Source: the human T2T-CHM13v2.0 reference genome, Homo sapiens
NCBI RefSeq assembly: GCF_009914755.1
Contig: NC_060930.1
Strand: one strand, 5' to 3'
Length of the DNA: 64,000 bases
In this document: positions 46,689 through 59,538 of the stretch, one piece after another
Layout: each line of letters begins with the position of its first letter
How positions within the stretch are numbered: position 1 is the first letter of the stretch
The notes under the pieces: generated by a model
Seen by the model: the letters and a program-made list of their open reading frames with translations, nothing else
Told to the model about the DNA's origin: nothing
Database searches by the model: none
Program-made: the position numbers and the translations under genes

Positions 46689-46886
46689 CATATAATTAAC
46701 AGTGTAAATAGAAACCATTTCTACACATCGTGTGTATAGAATCAATTTCTGAAGGCTTGGAATAAACTACATTGCCTATCATATCTGAGGATTTCACAGT
46801 AAAAGGGCTTTCCTATTGAGAAATGAACAATTATTCTTCCCTCTATAACTTTTAAGAGTTGCTTAAATATTTTAGCTCTCTTTCTC
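46689..46886 (-). pseudogene. Relic exon, module C N-terminal domain
   Basis: CCATTTTCTAG acceptor; TG|GTATGT donor; IFKQLLK...GKPFYCEILRYDRQCSLFQAF vs recalled RGS22 FEDYL...LPTFSEAIRFNADYGVFEV. Confidence 0.6.
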
Positions 46887-47179
46887 CTAGAAAATGGAGA
46901 CTGTACTAAACAAATAAACATAGAGTGTTAAAATGTCCCTGCTGATAATTTTACTGAACCTCTGAAAAATCATCTCTGTTGCATAAATAATGCTGGAGAC
47001 AATAGTCAAGGATCAGGGTTTTTCAGCACACAATGTAGGCTTTGTACAGTGGATGTTTTCCCTGTTTTTTTTTTTTTCTCCTCGATAGAGTGGTAACAAA
47101 AGTAGAGCTTTCCCACTTTGTCCCAGAGATGGGGGTTTTAAGTCTATTGAGGGCAACTTTGTGCCTTATCTAAGCCTCT

Positions 47180-47483
47180 CACCATGGGCAACTTAGGAGG
47201 AAAGGCTGGCTTCGTTGGTCCCTGGACAGGAAAGAGGGGCCACTGTGGGGACAAGGAACAGGTCTCTGCTTAAGTGGATCTGACAGCTTTGCATTAAAAA
47301 AGATGTTTATCCTTGTTTATGGCATATCCCTTCTCCTTTTATAATTCCCATGATTGGTGTTACTTTTTATAGTAAGCCTGACTGTCTGGGAAGGATCCAC
47401 ATTGTTCCAATGCCTTAGAAAGCAAAGGGAAGGGTGAGAAACCTTCAGAAATGCTATCTGCAGAAGATTCTTCCTTTTAGAAT
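47180..47483 (-). pseudogene. Relic exon, module B last RGS repeat end (3' boundary uncertain)
   Basis: TTTGCTCTGTAG acceptor; SKRKNLLQIAFLKVSHPSL/KALEQCGSFPDSQAYYKK vs recalled RGSL1 QKDAILAAITEGYLDRSVFHGAIMSVFPVVMYFWKR. Confidence 0.55.
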
Positions 47484-47822
47484 CTACAGAGCAAATGAAC
47501 TCTTTGTGTGTTCGCTCAAGCACATATATGCAGTATATATAACATGGGCGCTTTTTGAATGGGTGACTTAAATGAAAGAATTATAGCTTTTCTTTATATA
47601 CTTCTGCAGCTTCTTTGGTATGTTGACTATATTTTCAAATTAATATTGGTTATTAATAATTCGTTTGCTCAAAGTTATATTCTAATGTCACTTTTTGTGG
47701 TGTAATAACTGGAAAGAATCCTACTGTCTTTAACGTTTAGAAATACCTATGGAAAACTCCAAAAACACTCTGATCTACTTTAACTATTTACACTGTCATT
47801 GTAGTAAGAAAAGTAAGGAAAC

Positions 47823-47992
47823 TTCCAACTAGAGTTTAATTTTGAAGAGGATGCAGGGTATCTTTTAGAAAGATTTTCTTAATCATTTGGATTAATCCTG
47901 ACTTTCAACTCTAGATAAAAAATAGGATATCCCATAAGAAGGATTTGCAACATGTAGGGAATTTTTTGCCAACCAGGAAAAGCTCCCAGGGT
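47823..47992 (-). pseudogene. Relic exon, module B last RGS repeat (alpha4-alpha5)
   Basis: WDILFF...LIQMIKKIFLKDTLHPLQ vs recalled RGSL1 NDLYFFSE...KMNIIQKLFLNSDIPPKLR. Confidence 0.65.
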
Positions 47993-48213
47993 CTAAGTTA
48001 TTAAAGTTACATTTATTGGTGATTATGTCTATTTCCTGTATAAAATGAAATTTCAAAACAAACACTTGAGTCAAGAAAAGTCAACTAAATGACATGGTTT
48101 TTATACATGTAAAAGAAGTGGTCATTTTCAAAGGGGCTCATATGGCTTGGTAGATGAACTAAAATGAATGTGAGAGCTTAACATCAACTCCTGACAAACT
48201 CTGATACAGTTGT

Positions 48214-48226
48214 AGACAGACAGACA

Positions 48227-48260
<34 letters not shown>
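48214..48260. repeat. (GACA)n(CA)n microsatellite
   Basis: Direct sequence. Confidence 0.95.
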
Positions 48261-48262
<2 letters not shown>

Positions 48263-49410
48263 GAGTTCACAAGGAAAATAGACAAACTGCCCAGAGACAC
48301 CCAGATTTAATCTCATCAAGGGGCTCTTGAGATGTTGTAAACCAAGTAACTAGAGTTTGACTAGTTGAGACTGTCCCTAGACCTTCTGGGTAGGATTAAT
48401 TCCATGTAATTCTCTATAGCCCTTTCTAATTGGTTGAGATGTATGAGACGCCACACATAATGGAATCACTTAGCCATCTGCATCTCACATGAGCAGATGT
48501 GATGTATATATTTTCAAATAAAAAAAAAACCATTCTCTTAAGAAGAAGAGAAGCCAGAAATTGGTTCTACCTTTACAGGAACATAGTGCATACCTTTCTT
48601 CCCAATACTGTGATAAACATAAATGGTTAACACCAAAGCTGCTACATCAGCAATTCCACCCCTGGGAGAAGGGACAAATTATATTGTAAATGAACCTAGC
48701 TGCTGCAGAGCCCAGGGCTCCACTCTAGGTTGGACTTTTGAGTTTTGGTAAAAGTAAATATTGACATTAAGAGCAACTCTACCAAGCCCTGTGCAAGTAC
48801 GCAAACTGATATCATCTTATAAAATAGATCTTCAAGAAATTAAATGGTAACAAAAATAACATACACCAGATGGAACACTTACACAAATCTGTGCCTACTA
48901 CCCACCAAAATACTTACTCATTCTGATTGAGTTAGGAAATAAAAAGCACTGGTATGACATGAAGGTTACACAGTCAGCTAGTTAGTTGAATTTCTCACTT
49001 TTCAATTTGTTTGTTACAGTACTATATAAACACAACCTGAGCCCACAAGTCATTACAGTAAACCAAACTCAAACAAAAAATAGTCCAACAGTACACAGTG
49101 ACCACCATACACACTTAATACTCATTCTTTACTCTACCCAAACACATCCTAATGAGAGCTAGATACTGTTTGGCATTAGCAAATTGTTACTAGTGAACCA
49201 TTGGCTGGCAGCTGGCAAGAGAGATACTATTCTCCTTCACCTCAAAGAAGAAACCTTTTCTGGATTAACAAGGAACTGACTTAGAGGAAGGCCTTCCCCA
49301 ACTCTAACCATCCAACGGCTTTTTAAAATTTTATAGTCCCTTCCAAAACCTTATTCAGGGTTGTAGAAGAATTCTAAACCACAACATTTTCCTAATCCAA
49401 GATCACTCAC

Positions 49411-49470
49411 TAAAATCAAAATCTATGGATATATTTTTGATAAATTTTGCCTGCTACCATCTTAAGAAGG
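49411..49470 (-). pseudogene. Candidate relic exon (60 nt)
   Basis: CCTTATGTAG acceptor; TTA|GTGAGT donor; one frame reads LLKMVAGKIYQKYIHRF, a canonical RGS alpha5-like motif. Confidence 0.45.
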
Positions 49471-49639
49471 CTACATAAGGCAAATGGTCACCCAGAAATG
49501 GTCACCAAGTGTCAAAGCTCTGGAGGGCAGCATGGGATTGTTTCCTGGTCAAGTGTACTACACCGACTTTGCCCTGCTCATCCCCTCATTCTTTCTTTTC
49601 TCTGCCCATCATAAGTGGACTTGGTATCATCCCTCCTCC

Positions 49640-50010
49640 TCACATTCATGATAGAATGGACCACATTCCCCCAAGATAGTTTCCTCTACCTGGAATACTC
49701 TTCCCTCACTCAGTCATGTTGCTGCCCAAATATCACTCAGTTATCACAAAGGCCTCCCCTAACCCCTCTATGTAAACTAACCCAGCAACACCATCTCTCT
49801 CTATTTAGTTATTCTGCATTGTTCTTCCTCGTAGCCCTGACTTGCAATGTTTGTATTTTGGCTGCTTCTCCCCCATTAGTATGTCAGCTCCTTGGGGTCA
49901 GGACTTTGCATTTTTTTGGTGTTCAATGTTGTATCCTCTAATACCTGGCACAGTACCTGGCAAATAGTCTGCCCTTATGAGATATTTATTTTACAAATTG
50001 ATAAGTGAAT
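49640..50010 (+). mobile_element. L2 3' fragment
   Basis: cctggcacagtacctggcaaatag...atatttatt. Confidence 0.65.
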
Positions 50011-52525
50011 GATAAGAGGCCTTTGCCTAGAGTTTTCAGAAGCACTTAAGCCATTTATTGAATTTTTATGGTATGTGGCACCCAAATTTTTTGTGTGGTT
50101 CAGAGACAAGACATTAAAGCAGAGGACCTGGGGATTTCCTTCAGGCTACAGGACAACCCAGAGTTGGTCAGTGATTGGTGAAGGCCACTGTGGTCTGATT
50201 ACAGGATTAAAATCCTTAGTCTGTATTCAAAGTCCTCTAGCATATGGCTCCACTTTACTTTTCATCCTTCTGGTTCTTGGAGTAAGCATATATATTCTCA
50301 GTCAAACTGAGCTATTTTCTACCAGGTGTGTTCATCTCTGCCACTGTACTCTATTTATGATATTCTATTTGCCCCAAAATGCTCTTTCTACCCTTCCCAT
50401 TCTTCCCAGCACTGCTTGCCCATCACCATGTATCTAAATTTCACTTCATGCCTCCCTCAAGACCTCCTCTAGGAATCATGCCTTCCATTAAAGTCTTCTT
50501 GTCTGACATCACCATCACCAGCTTCACCCTGGCTGGAAGGGGTCTCTCCTCTCCACTGTCACCATCATGATCTCCTTCTCCCCTGTGGAATTACCCCTCT
50601 CTACTATGTATCTGTAGGCTTTGGTCGTTTGTTTTTATTTGCTTTTTTTTTATGAGCCTTAGCTTTTCGATTAGACCAAGCAGAAGTTTTCTTTGTTTTT
50701 CTTAATCTGCCTCTACCTAGTTCACAAGTCCAAAGCATTGCTTGTTCATAGTAATTCTCAATTGCAGGGTACACATGGCAAGATCGAAAGAGGGGGAGTG
50801 GGGCAGAGTATCTGATTCTAGAGTGAGGAGAATGTATATATCCTAAAAAAAGGTTTCTTGCCTCTTGCCATCCCACCCTGTAATTTGTGACATCCCAAAT
50901 AACCTTCTCATGCTTCAGATTCACCATACTAGGCTAGAACAGTACATGTATTATTTACCATTGCATCCCCTACTGTGTCCAACACAGTGCCCTGAATTTA
51001 CTGGGTACAGAACAAATGTTTGATGAATGAATGAATGCATTCATGGGAAACCTTTCCGTTCCTTTGTACCTAGCACCTCCCTGATCCTAGGTTGGAAACA
51101 CACATCCTTAAGGCAGGCTATAAAATACCTTCATCTTTAATCCTTATCCCCCTCCACAGACACCCACACCCTCTGACCAGGCATTTATCTCAGGGCACAA
51201 AATGCCATTTGCCTGCTGATCAAAGGCTGTGGGAATGGGCGGCAGGAGCAGCTGTGCTCAGATCCCGCCCACACCCTTCCTGTTTGCAGCAGCCCACCCC
51301 AGGGGCTATTATGCTTTCGGCAGGCTAAGGAGAGTCCCTCCTCCCTCCCCTCCTTCCCTGGTCCTTGCAGACACTGTGGGTCTGAAGTGGCAGCCCCTCG
51401 CCCCTGGAGCCTGCTCTCAGCATTTCATTGTCCCCAGGCAAGACATAGATAGCGGGCCAGACGCTCCTTTCCCCTTTCCTGGGACTCTGATAAGGCAATG
51501 AAAACAGTTCTCTATTTTCCTGCACAAAAGCTGACATACAAGAATGGGGTGGAGCATAAGTGATAACCAGCTAGAATTTGTTGCTTTTTAAAAGAAATGT
51601 GGTGGGGAAGGAAAGAGTGAAGACTAAAAGCTTTGAGTTTCTGCTCTGGGTTGTAAGAGGCAAACATCTTCCCATGACAATGCCCCCTTTTCAGTCTTAG
51701 AGGCTCATTTCCTTTCTGTAAGGGAAAACACTGTCCTCAGGTCAGAGGGCCACAAGAGACTCCTCCTAAGGTTGGCCAGGCCACCTGGGAGCCTCTCATG
51801 TGACCCATTTACCTAAAGCGTAGCTTACAGATCAGAATTAAGAGAGAGGGAAGAAGACAAGAATTTCTTCCTCCGTGTTTAATCCATTCCAGTCAGGATT
51901 CTCATTCTTTGGAACCCGTCTGTCTGGTCAATTTCAAGATGCGTGTGCGTGAATGTAGGGAGCTTCATATAAACCCCACACACTCTCAGTTTTCTCCAAG
52001 TGTCCCGTCCCTGATAAGGGGCTCCTTAAATAAACAAAACGATCTGCACAGTCCAAGTTATTTTTAGAGAGAATTCCTTCAGAGATGTAGCTGGTGTTTG
52101 GTAAATGCAGAGGTTAAAAAAAAATGGAGTGAAGAGATGGAGGATCGCTGTTTCTATGTAGAACTGAATAAAAATGGAATAGAGAAATACAATTTTTAAA
52201 AATGTCTTCTGGAAATACAACTTTAAAAAGTGTTTTCACTGCCCTGAGACTGGTGCTGGCCTCCTGCTGCCACCACTAGTTCTGGAACCTGGTGCAGTTA
52301 AAGAAACCTTCAGACTTCATCTTCTTCATTAGAAAAAGAAGGCTATTTCCTGAGCCCAATTTAAGGAAATTAATTGTTCTGGGGGTAGAGTCTCAGTATT
52401 GGTACTGATTTTTAAAGCAACCAAGATGATTCTAATGTACTGTCAGGGTTGAGAATCTGTGAACAAGATCATCTCTGAGGTTTATCCCCTGGTTCTAAAA
52501 TTTTGTAGTTCCATAGTTTAGGTAC

Positions 52526-53238
52526 CAAGTTTTTCTATCTAATCTCTATCATTTATCTAAAAACTTTATTTGGAGCTCCTTACTATCCCCAAGTCTTTCC
52601 AGAATTAGTGAAGAAAGACATTCAACAACTGGCCATGACTGCTTCTCCTTCCACTCTTGGAACAGAAGAGCAGGTTGTTGAGTATTTGCTCAATAACCCA
52701 GGGACCCAGTTTCCGAAGACATGTAAGCTTGGAGGCCTCTAGAGAATTAAAGGAGGGTCATATTCACAAACTTAACTTACCCAAGACAAATATAAAACTC
52801 TGTTCAAATACATACAGTGAGGAGAAGCAGACACAGACATAGAACAACCCTGCTAGGCAATTTAGAGTCCTATCCATTTTTTGTCATGAAATAGGCAGTA
52901 TTGGACAAGTGCATCCCAGCAATCACAGATTGAGATGGGCCTCCTCTATTTTCCTTGAGAAAACACTTGATTGTCTTTACAAATTGCACCATTTTAGATT
53001 TTTGCTTCTGAATTTGCAATATAAATTATTCTTAGGATCTTTCGGTTTCCCACGATGCCCTCTTTCATCAATTTTCCTGGCTAGAGTCTAAGATTCATAT
53101 TCCTTTTTTCACTCCGAAATTGCTCATTTTTCCTCTAGAGAGGCTCTTCCACCACTGAGCGGTCTTGGCAGCGGCTCTTTGTGACAGTTGCCTATAGGCA
53201 TTCCCAATTCTCGAGTGGTTTTAAAATCAAGTATGCAG
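52526..53238 (-). pseudogene. Large relic exon, module B end of second RGS repeat plus third repeat
   Basis: TTTATTCAG acceptor; frame-shifted pieces GNAYRQLSQRAAAKTAQWWKSL, KCFLKENRGG, CWDALVQY and LTCLRKLGPWVIEQILNN...LH*FWKDL, in RGS helix order. Confidence 0.6.
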
Positions 53239-55595
53239 CTGAATAAATAGAAAAGGAGCAAACAGCACAAAATTAAGTAAAATACCAAATATCTCATACA
53301 AATGGAATAGACAATAAAAGCAAAAGATAGAGATGATTGTGTCAACTTAGATGTTTAGAATAAAATCTCAGGAATTGGAAAAGATTCTATCAGCTATATA
53401 GGTCAAAATCCCAACCCATGCTCCCTTCAGCATCTTCAGCATCCAGCATCTGCGTAAACATCCACTGAGGAAGTTCACTCTCACAAGGCGTCCCATTCCA
53501 GGTTTGATTTACTTTAATTGAAATCCACTTGAAGTCAAATATCAAATTAGAAGCACTGTGGATAATAGTGAAGCCCTAAAGAAAACATCAGTTCATAGCG
53601 CAAGAAGAGAAAAAACACAACTCAGAAAGAAAGGTTGTAGAATGGGAAGCAGAGGTCTGAGACATTTATTTATAATTTTCCTTTAGAATCACTTTAAAAA
53701 CTGAACATTCACATGGCCTTTGCATGTTCCCACCTAGGGAGGACTGAGATGATATATTTCCATTCAGCAGCTTCTGCTGTTAGATAAAGAACTGAGACAA
53801 ACCTCTTCCTAAAATGAATTTTTTTAAAAATAAAGAATTTGTTCTTTGAAGCTTCAACTATTTAGGCAAAAGGTACCTCATCTTTGTGTTCTAGTTATTT
53901 AAATGTTATGAATAAGTAGGAAGTATCATAATCATCTCTACTCCCCTGCCGCCAAATCCTGAACTTGTAGGTAGATGGTGTAAATATGTGTCATAATTTT
54001 TAAACCAAAACCACTAGGGTCATAGAGTGTTATTTTAAATCTGATCCTTAAAAACAAAGTTTTAACCCAAGGTACTTTAGGTAAGTAATGTACCTAAAGA
54101 AAGATAAGAACATACTGAGGATAAAACATATGCAATTTGCTCCCTGGGATTAGTTCCAGGTCTTGATGCATGGGTTTTATTCCTTCAACCCGAAAATATT
54201 GTCTTTTAGCTTGTTGTATTAGTGAAGGTAACAATATCCCATACACATCTCACATTTTCAGTATAAATCAAGACAGGTTTATTTTTCAAGTGCAATGGGT
54301 CCTTGTGCTGTTAAAAAATGATTGTATTTACCAGGATAGGAAAGAAAAAATAGCAAATATTTATTAAATACTCCTATGAGCCTGGAGCTGTGCTTAGAGC
54401 TTTACCTATATTACCTCATTTGAAGGAATAGTCAGGATTTGCTTTCTCTGAAGCCACTTCTGGGTACTAGAAAACTGAATCATCACCCACCTAGTTGTCC
54501 AGAGGCATTACATTTATATGGCACTTTAAACTTCTCTTGAGTACTTTCATATCTATAATCTCTTTAAAATCCTGTGTTGCAGTTAGGGCAGATATGATAA
54601 AACTAAGAAGATGGGTGAAATTGTCTAAGAATAACCAAACATGGAGTAGCAGAGCTAAAAATAGAAGCTAAACCCTACTGTCTTCTATTCTTATCTATAA
54701 AATGAGGAATATTTATAACTTGTTTTCAAGTTTCCTTCTAGTTTCCAAAGCCACGCCCTACAAGTCTTTGCCCAAGACTAAGAGATAATCAGCTATACTA
54801 CCTTCCAGAACATTTAGAAAATGGTTTACTATCAATTCTAGGCTCCTTTCCTCTTCAAGCTTCTAAAGATGGGTTCTAACTTTAGAAATCTACTTTAATT
54901 CAACCAAACTGGGCATTGTTGTAAGTGCTCTGGGAATTTGAGAGATAAATGAGCTAAAGTCTCTAAGACTCCTAAATTTCCTTTGTAAGAATAAAGGAAA
55001 GAGACCATTTTAACTGGGGGAAATAGGGAAGTCATCAGTAAGTCCAGTTAATGTGAGTAGCATATTCAGGGCTGTTTTCAGTACACTGTATGAAAATAAC
55101 TTTTTGCAGGGCTGAATTCTACAAGCAAGCTCCATAAGTTTGGGGAACTATAGCAGAGAAGAATATCCTAATGAGGAAGCTTTATTTATTTATTTGCTCT
55201 AATTATTCTTAGTGCCTGTCCAATGCTTAGCCTGGAGAGGAGAATCAATGTGTTATGTGCATTTCTTAAAAAATATATATTGAATAGGTAAATAAGAAAC
55301 TATTTTAAAAAATCAATAGTGCTATCAATGTATTTAGTTACCCATTTAAAAACTATGTATTGAATGTAACTCTATATATAATCCTTGTCCACATGGAATT
55401 TCTAATTTAATGAGAGGGACATACATTAAACAACTAATCACACAATTAATTTATTACTCCAATGGCAGTTATTTCCCTTGACCCTAGGATCACTTCTCTC
55501 TGTCTCCCATCTGCTTTCAGGTCATCCAGTTGACCACTGTTCTTTGAGCTGAGGGTTCCTTCCTGCTCCACTGTGAGCCACGGGCCACATCATAC

Positions 55596-55620
55596 CTGGC
55601 TGCTGTTGACCCAAGATACC
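55596..55620 (-). pseudogene. Candidate 25-nt relic micro-exon
   Basis: TTTTACAG|GGTATCTTGGGTCAACAGCAGCCAG|GTATGA; phase 0 to 1, bridging the two flanking exons. Confidence 0.35.
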
Positions 55621-56239
55621 CTGTAAAATTCTGCTTCCTCTTCAAGAGCCCATAGGGAGGATGGAGGAGTGTGAGGCAAGCCTTGTCTCCATCTGCAGCC
55701 CCATCTTTTACTCTCTCCATAACCTCACCACACAAAAAACGTCAAACTATGTGTTAAACATGACTTTTTCAAAGCTCCAGGGGAGATTTCCCATAAAGTG
55801 AAACCCTCTATAAGGGAGTAACTCTGTTCTTAACCACATCCTCCCTTCCTTTCACTCTGAGAGTACTATCTTTAAGTCTCCATCCACCTTTTGAAAAAGA
55901 TGCTTTTGTAAATACTACATTTAAAAAACAGCAGTAGTCACACACACACACTGCATACAAAACATACGTTATTTTTATTGGTGGTTGCTTAATGGGGGAG
56001 GGCAGTAGAGATCAGAGGGCAGTTCAGCCACCACCCCTGCCCCAGGCCACCTCCAGAGCTAGCCGAGTCTTAATCACTTCCACTGGGGTGGGCGTGGGGG
56101 GATCCACAGAGGAACATTAGAGATGGCAGGAATCTCCCGACAGTGGTCCTGCTCCTAATATGCTACCCCCAAACAGGAAGCGGGCTAGAAGAGTTTCTAA
56201 TGACTCTACTGTAGGTAATTCCAGATGAGTCCCAATCCC

Positions 56240-56790
56240 AGGGCAGGAGCCACGCACTCCTCGGGTATATGCCGTGCGGTGTTGTTTGGGGAGGCAGAAA
56301 GGGGCAGGCAGCTTGCTCCTGACTCCCACGTGGAGGGGCGCAGGGAGGCCTTCCCAGAGACTCCAAACCCAGGGGTACAGTCGGTTCTTCGGTGCCTTCT
56401 TGGCTTCTCTGCTGCTTGAGACTTCAGGAGCCCCCAAGACTTGGTCACCGAGGTGCCACAGGCGCCGGCCTTGACCGCACTCTCCCGCGGGCCCCGGGGC
56501 TGCTTTCCCCGGCTTTACCTTTGTTTTCCTAGTCTGTTCCTCCCTGAGCTTGTTTGTGTAAGAAACCCTCTCTCCCTGCTTCCTGTGTCTCTGTCATTTC
56601 CTCCCATTGCCATTCTACACTGTGGCACTGAGGGCCATTGTTTTTCTTTCTAACCACAATTCCAGACCCTGGGAATGGCAAGTAGGTGCGCGAGGACGCT
56701 GAGGCAGGCGGGGCTGCGGGCTGGGGCCGAGCTCCGAGCCCGGGAATACTGGTGGGCTGCTGTTTGCCGGGCCGCTCGGGAAGGAAGAAA
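56240..56790. promoter_or_regulatory. CpG-rich island / candidate promoter
   Basis: Only non-Alu GC- and CpG-dense tract in the window; GC-box-like GGCGGGGC at ~56707; several CGCG/CCGG sites. Confidence 0.6.
56519..56668 (-). pseudogene. Relic exon (150 nt, phase 0/0), module B second RGS repeat
   Basis: CATTCCCAG acceptor; AAG|GTAAAG donor; GLELWLERKTMALSATV*NGNGRK*QRHRKQGERVSYTNKLREE vs recalled RGSL1 LDLWQDLQHFLSVLLNNKKNGNAIFRHLLGDRICELYLNEQ. Confidence 0.75.
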
Positions 56791-58424
56791 CTCAGTAACA
56801 GGAGACAGCGTCTTGCCAGTTAATCCTCAGGCACTATCTAAATGAAGGCATGTTCCCAGAAGTGAAGATGGGAGATGTCTGAAAGTCCTGATAACCATCT
56901 TCTTCAAAGGAAGCTGTGACGGTCCCATTTGGTTTCTGAATTTTTAACATATCCTTATTACTTTTAAACGAACCGAAAAATAAACTAAACCTAATTTATA
57001 GGGGAGCTTAACAGAGATACGAAGCCAGGTGCTGGACACATGGATACCTAATTAGAAATGAATTTCCTTGCGCTTCTGTTCAGTGCTTCTGCGTTATCCG
57101 TTTTGATCAGCCTCACTATTCGTCCAGCCTGCGCTGTAGTGTAAGATAAACTACTTTATGTTTTCTTGGCAGCGTTTAAATCAGACAGGTTCTCACAGGA
57201 GCTCAGATTTTGGGTTGTTTCCCTGAGCACAGGGAGAAGGAACTGAAAAAGTAGCTGGCCTGGGGAAGGAAGAATGTAATGCCTTCTTATTTACCATTGA
57301 AATGCCAAAGCCTGGTTTATGTGTTGATTTCCAAATATAAACAGGAGGAACACTGTGGTCGATATCCCATTGAAGGACTAAACCAGTAACACGTGCGTTT
57401 TGCTTTGTAACCCAGGACTTTTTTTTCTTTCTTTCTTTTTAGTGCAACTCTAACAAAGTAAACTGAGCAAGATTTACAGACAACTTCGGCGTGGTTTCAT
57501 ACGAGATGTATTGAAGCACATTTATTTTGTTGACTGTTACCTAGCAGAAGACGGTTGTTCTATTTTGGTAGCATTTGTTCCATAAAACTCTCAAGGTTTT
57601 TGCCAGCTCCTTTCATTACACCTTTCCTGCCAGTTATGACACTAAGGGTCACTCATCAAAGAGATTTTGTTTATTTCAAGTTTTAATGGACAATGTGGTT
57701 ACCAGGAACGTGTAAATTTCCAGGTTTCTGTTAAAGCAGTAGAAAGTTATAAAGCACATAATGGAAAAGAAACATATCAAATTCCTTTATTTCAAATAAA
57801 GTTGTGATTTTCATTAAAGGATTTAAGAGTGCCCTGCGCCACCCCCATACCACAAAGCTACTGATCTTGGAACATGATTTAAATATTGATCAGTCACCAT
57901 TTACAATTTTAAAAAATAATGTACCCTACTACTTTGTATTAGGAGCAAACTTAAGATTACAAAATCCTTTTCAGGGAATCCCCCAAAAAATTAGATTCAT
58001 AAAAATCATTTTAGAGAAGACATTCTATTAAAAATAGTGGAGAATTATTTTTAATGGAGAGAGATTTCCTTTTCAAAAGATGGTATTTTTTAAAGAGACT
58101 TTTATTGCTGGAATTACATTATTGCTCTTTTCTTGAGTTACAAATGAACTCTAGAGCATGCTGCAATATATAAGGATGAAACGAAATGATTTCTGAGTTC
58201 TACTTCAAAATAAAGAGAGGTGAGTTGGCAGAGGTTTATATGAAAGAACACAGGTGAGGCATTAATAGTGTGTGGGGGTGATGGGTGCGGGAGGGTTCAT
58301 TATAGCATTCTGGCTACTTCTGAACATTTCAATTATTCAATAATAACAATTTATGAAATGAAAAAGAACAGTGGAAGACATAAATAAACATGTTTTTTTA
58401 AAACAGAGAATTAAGTATCATTAC

Positions 58425-59292
58425 TTCTGCATTTAGTAACACTTTATTGCCATGCTCTTCTGGTGCTATCTTCTTGCAGAGGCCAGAAGTGTTGGAACTC
58501 TTGGAAATACAAAAATCTGAGCAGATATATCACTTTTCAGATATCCAATGGAAGAAATGCAAATCACCTAACTGCATGCAAATCACCTAACTGCATGCAA
58601 ACAGCTTGAATTTATTAAAGCAGTCAATAGCCCAGTCTAAACAATTTCCAATTAGGACTCTCAAATCACTGCTTCTTACACCTGGGTGGCCTCTTAAAGG
58701 CATTCCTTAGAAGTCTATGGTGACAATGTTTGGGGAACCAGTTACTTTCTTCATTTTACATATTTCTACGTAGAAGATTTGGAAGAACTCTGAGAAACAA
58801 CAATATTGGTGAATAAATCTCTTAGAAACATGTTTTTCCACCTCTGGCTCTACAACAAACAAGTATCACACAAACTTAGCTAAGAGTGTTCCAGAATTTG
58901 CTTCATCAAGAGGAAGCTGTTTTATGAAACAGTAAACTTCCTCCGCATGTGAAAGAGGAAAGGACATTTTACTCACAGAGACCACCATTATTGATCCATG
59001 CAAGATCAAGACTTTTCTAAGATGACCTCTCGGACTCTTGTCGGTGTTCTTTCTCTGTGCTCCTGCAGACTGAGTCTCATGAATCAAGATTTTTCCATTT
59101 CTGGATGACCAATCAGGTAGCGCAACATCTTCCTCTTAGGATATTTCATTTTCCTGTTTATCTGTTTTACCCAATTACATTTATACAGACATATGCCAAG
59201 AAAATGTTCAATAATGAATTGTTGACATGATTTTCTTATTTTCAAACTTCCCTGTGATGAGATCCTCAAAACATCCATTGCCAGCAAATACA
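58425..59292 (-). pseudogene. Large relic exon(s), module B N-domain, first RGS repeat and start of second
   Basis: TTTTCCTCTGCAG acceptor; starts VFAGNGCFEDLITGKFE; a ~165-codon frame with only 3 stops (HAEEVYCFIKQL...EVEKHVSKRFIHQYC...); ends EEHGNKVLLNAE|GTAATG. Contains the 81-aa and 73-aa ORFs of the track. Confidence 0.65.
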
Positions 59293-59476
59293 CTGCAGAG
59301 GAAAATAAATTAGGATCGTCCTGCCCCATAGACAGTTAACCAATTTCATTAGGTGGTCCAAATGAGGAACAGATAAAATGGCCCATTTTGTTTTAATCAT
59401 TCATGGTATTTAGAGTTTACCCTCCTAGAGGAGATTGAAGAACCAACTTTTGGCATTGCATGGGGAAATACCTCAC

Positions 59477-59538
59477 TTTGGCATGTGCAATATTTATCTA
59501 TCAGGCCATTATGGATACTGGCTGTCCTCTAAACTGAG
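59477..59538 (-). pseudogene. Relic exon, module B N-terminal domain start
   Basis: TTTTCTATTTTAG acceptor; AA|GTGAGG donor; LSLEDSQYP*WPDR*ILHMP vs recalled RGSL1 LLEDEVFADFFNTFLSLP; ends in phase 2, matching the next exon. Confidence 0.55.

Noticed and set aside
50717-50933. Possible extra relic exon in the 107-aa ORF (NLFLGYIHSPHS...AIENY)
   Set aside because: Motif is weak and the segment partly resembles an L2 3' end.
59150-59292. Alternative alignment to the RGSL1 mid-region (EDL..GGSL)
   Set aside because: Needs extra frameshifts; the N-domain reading is phase-linked to the 59477-59538 exon. Repeat-number assignments in 58.4-59.3 kb remain uncertain.
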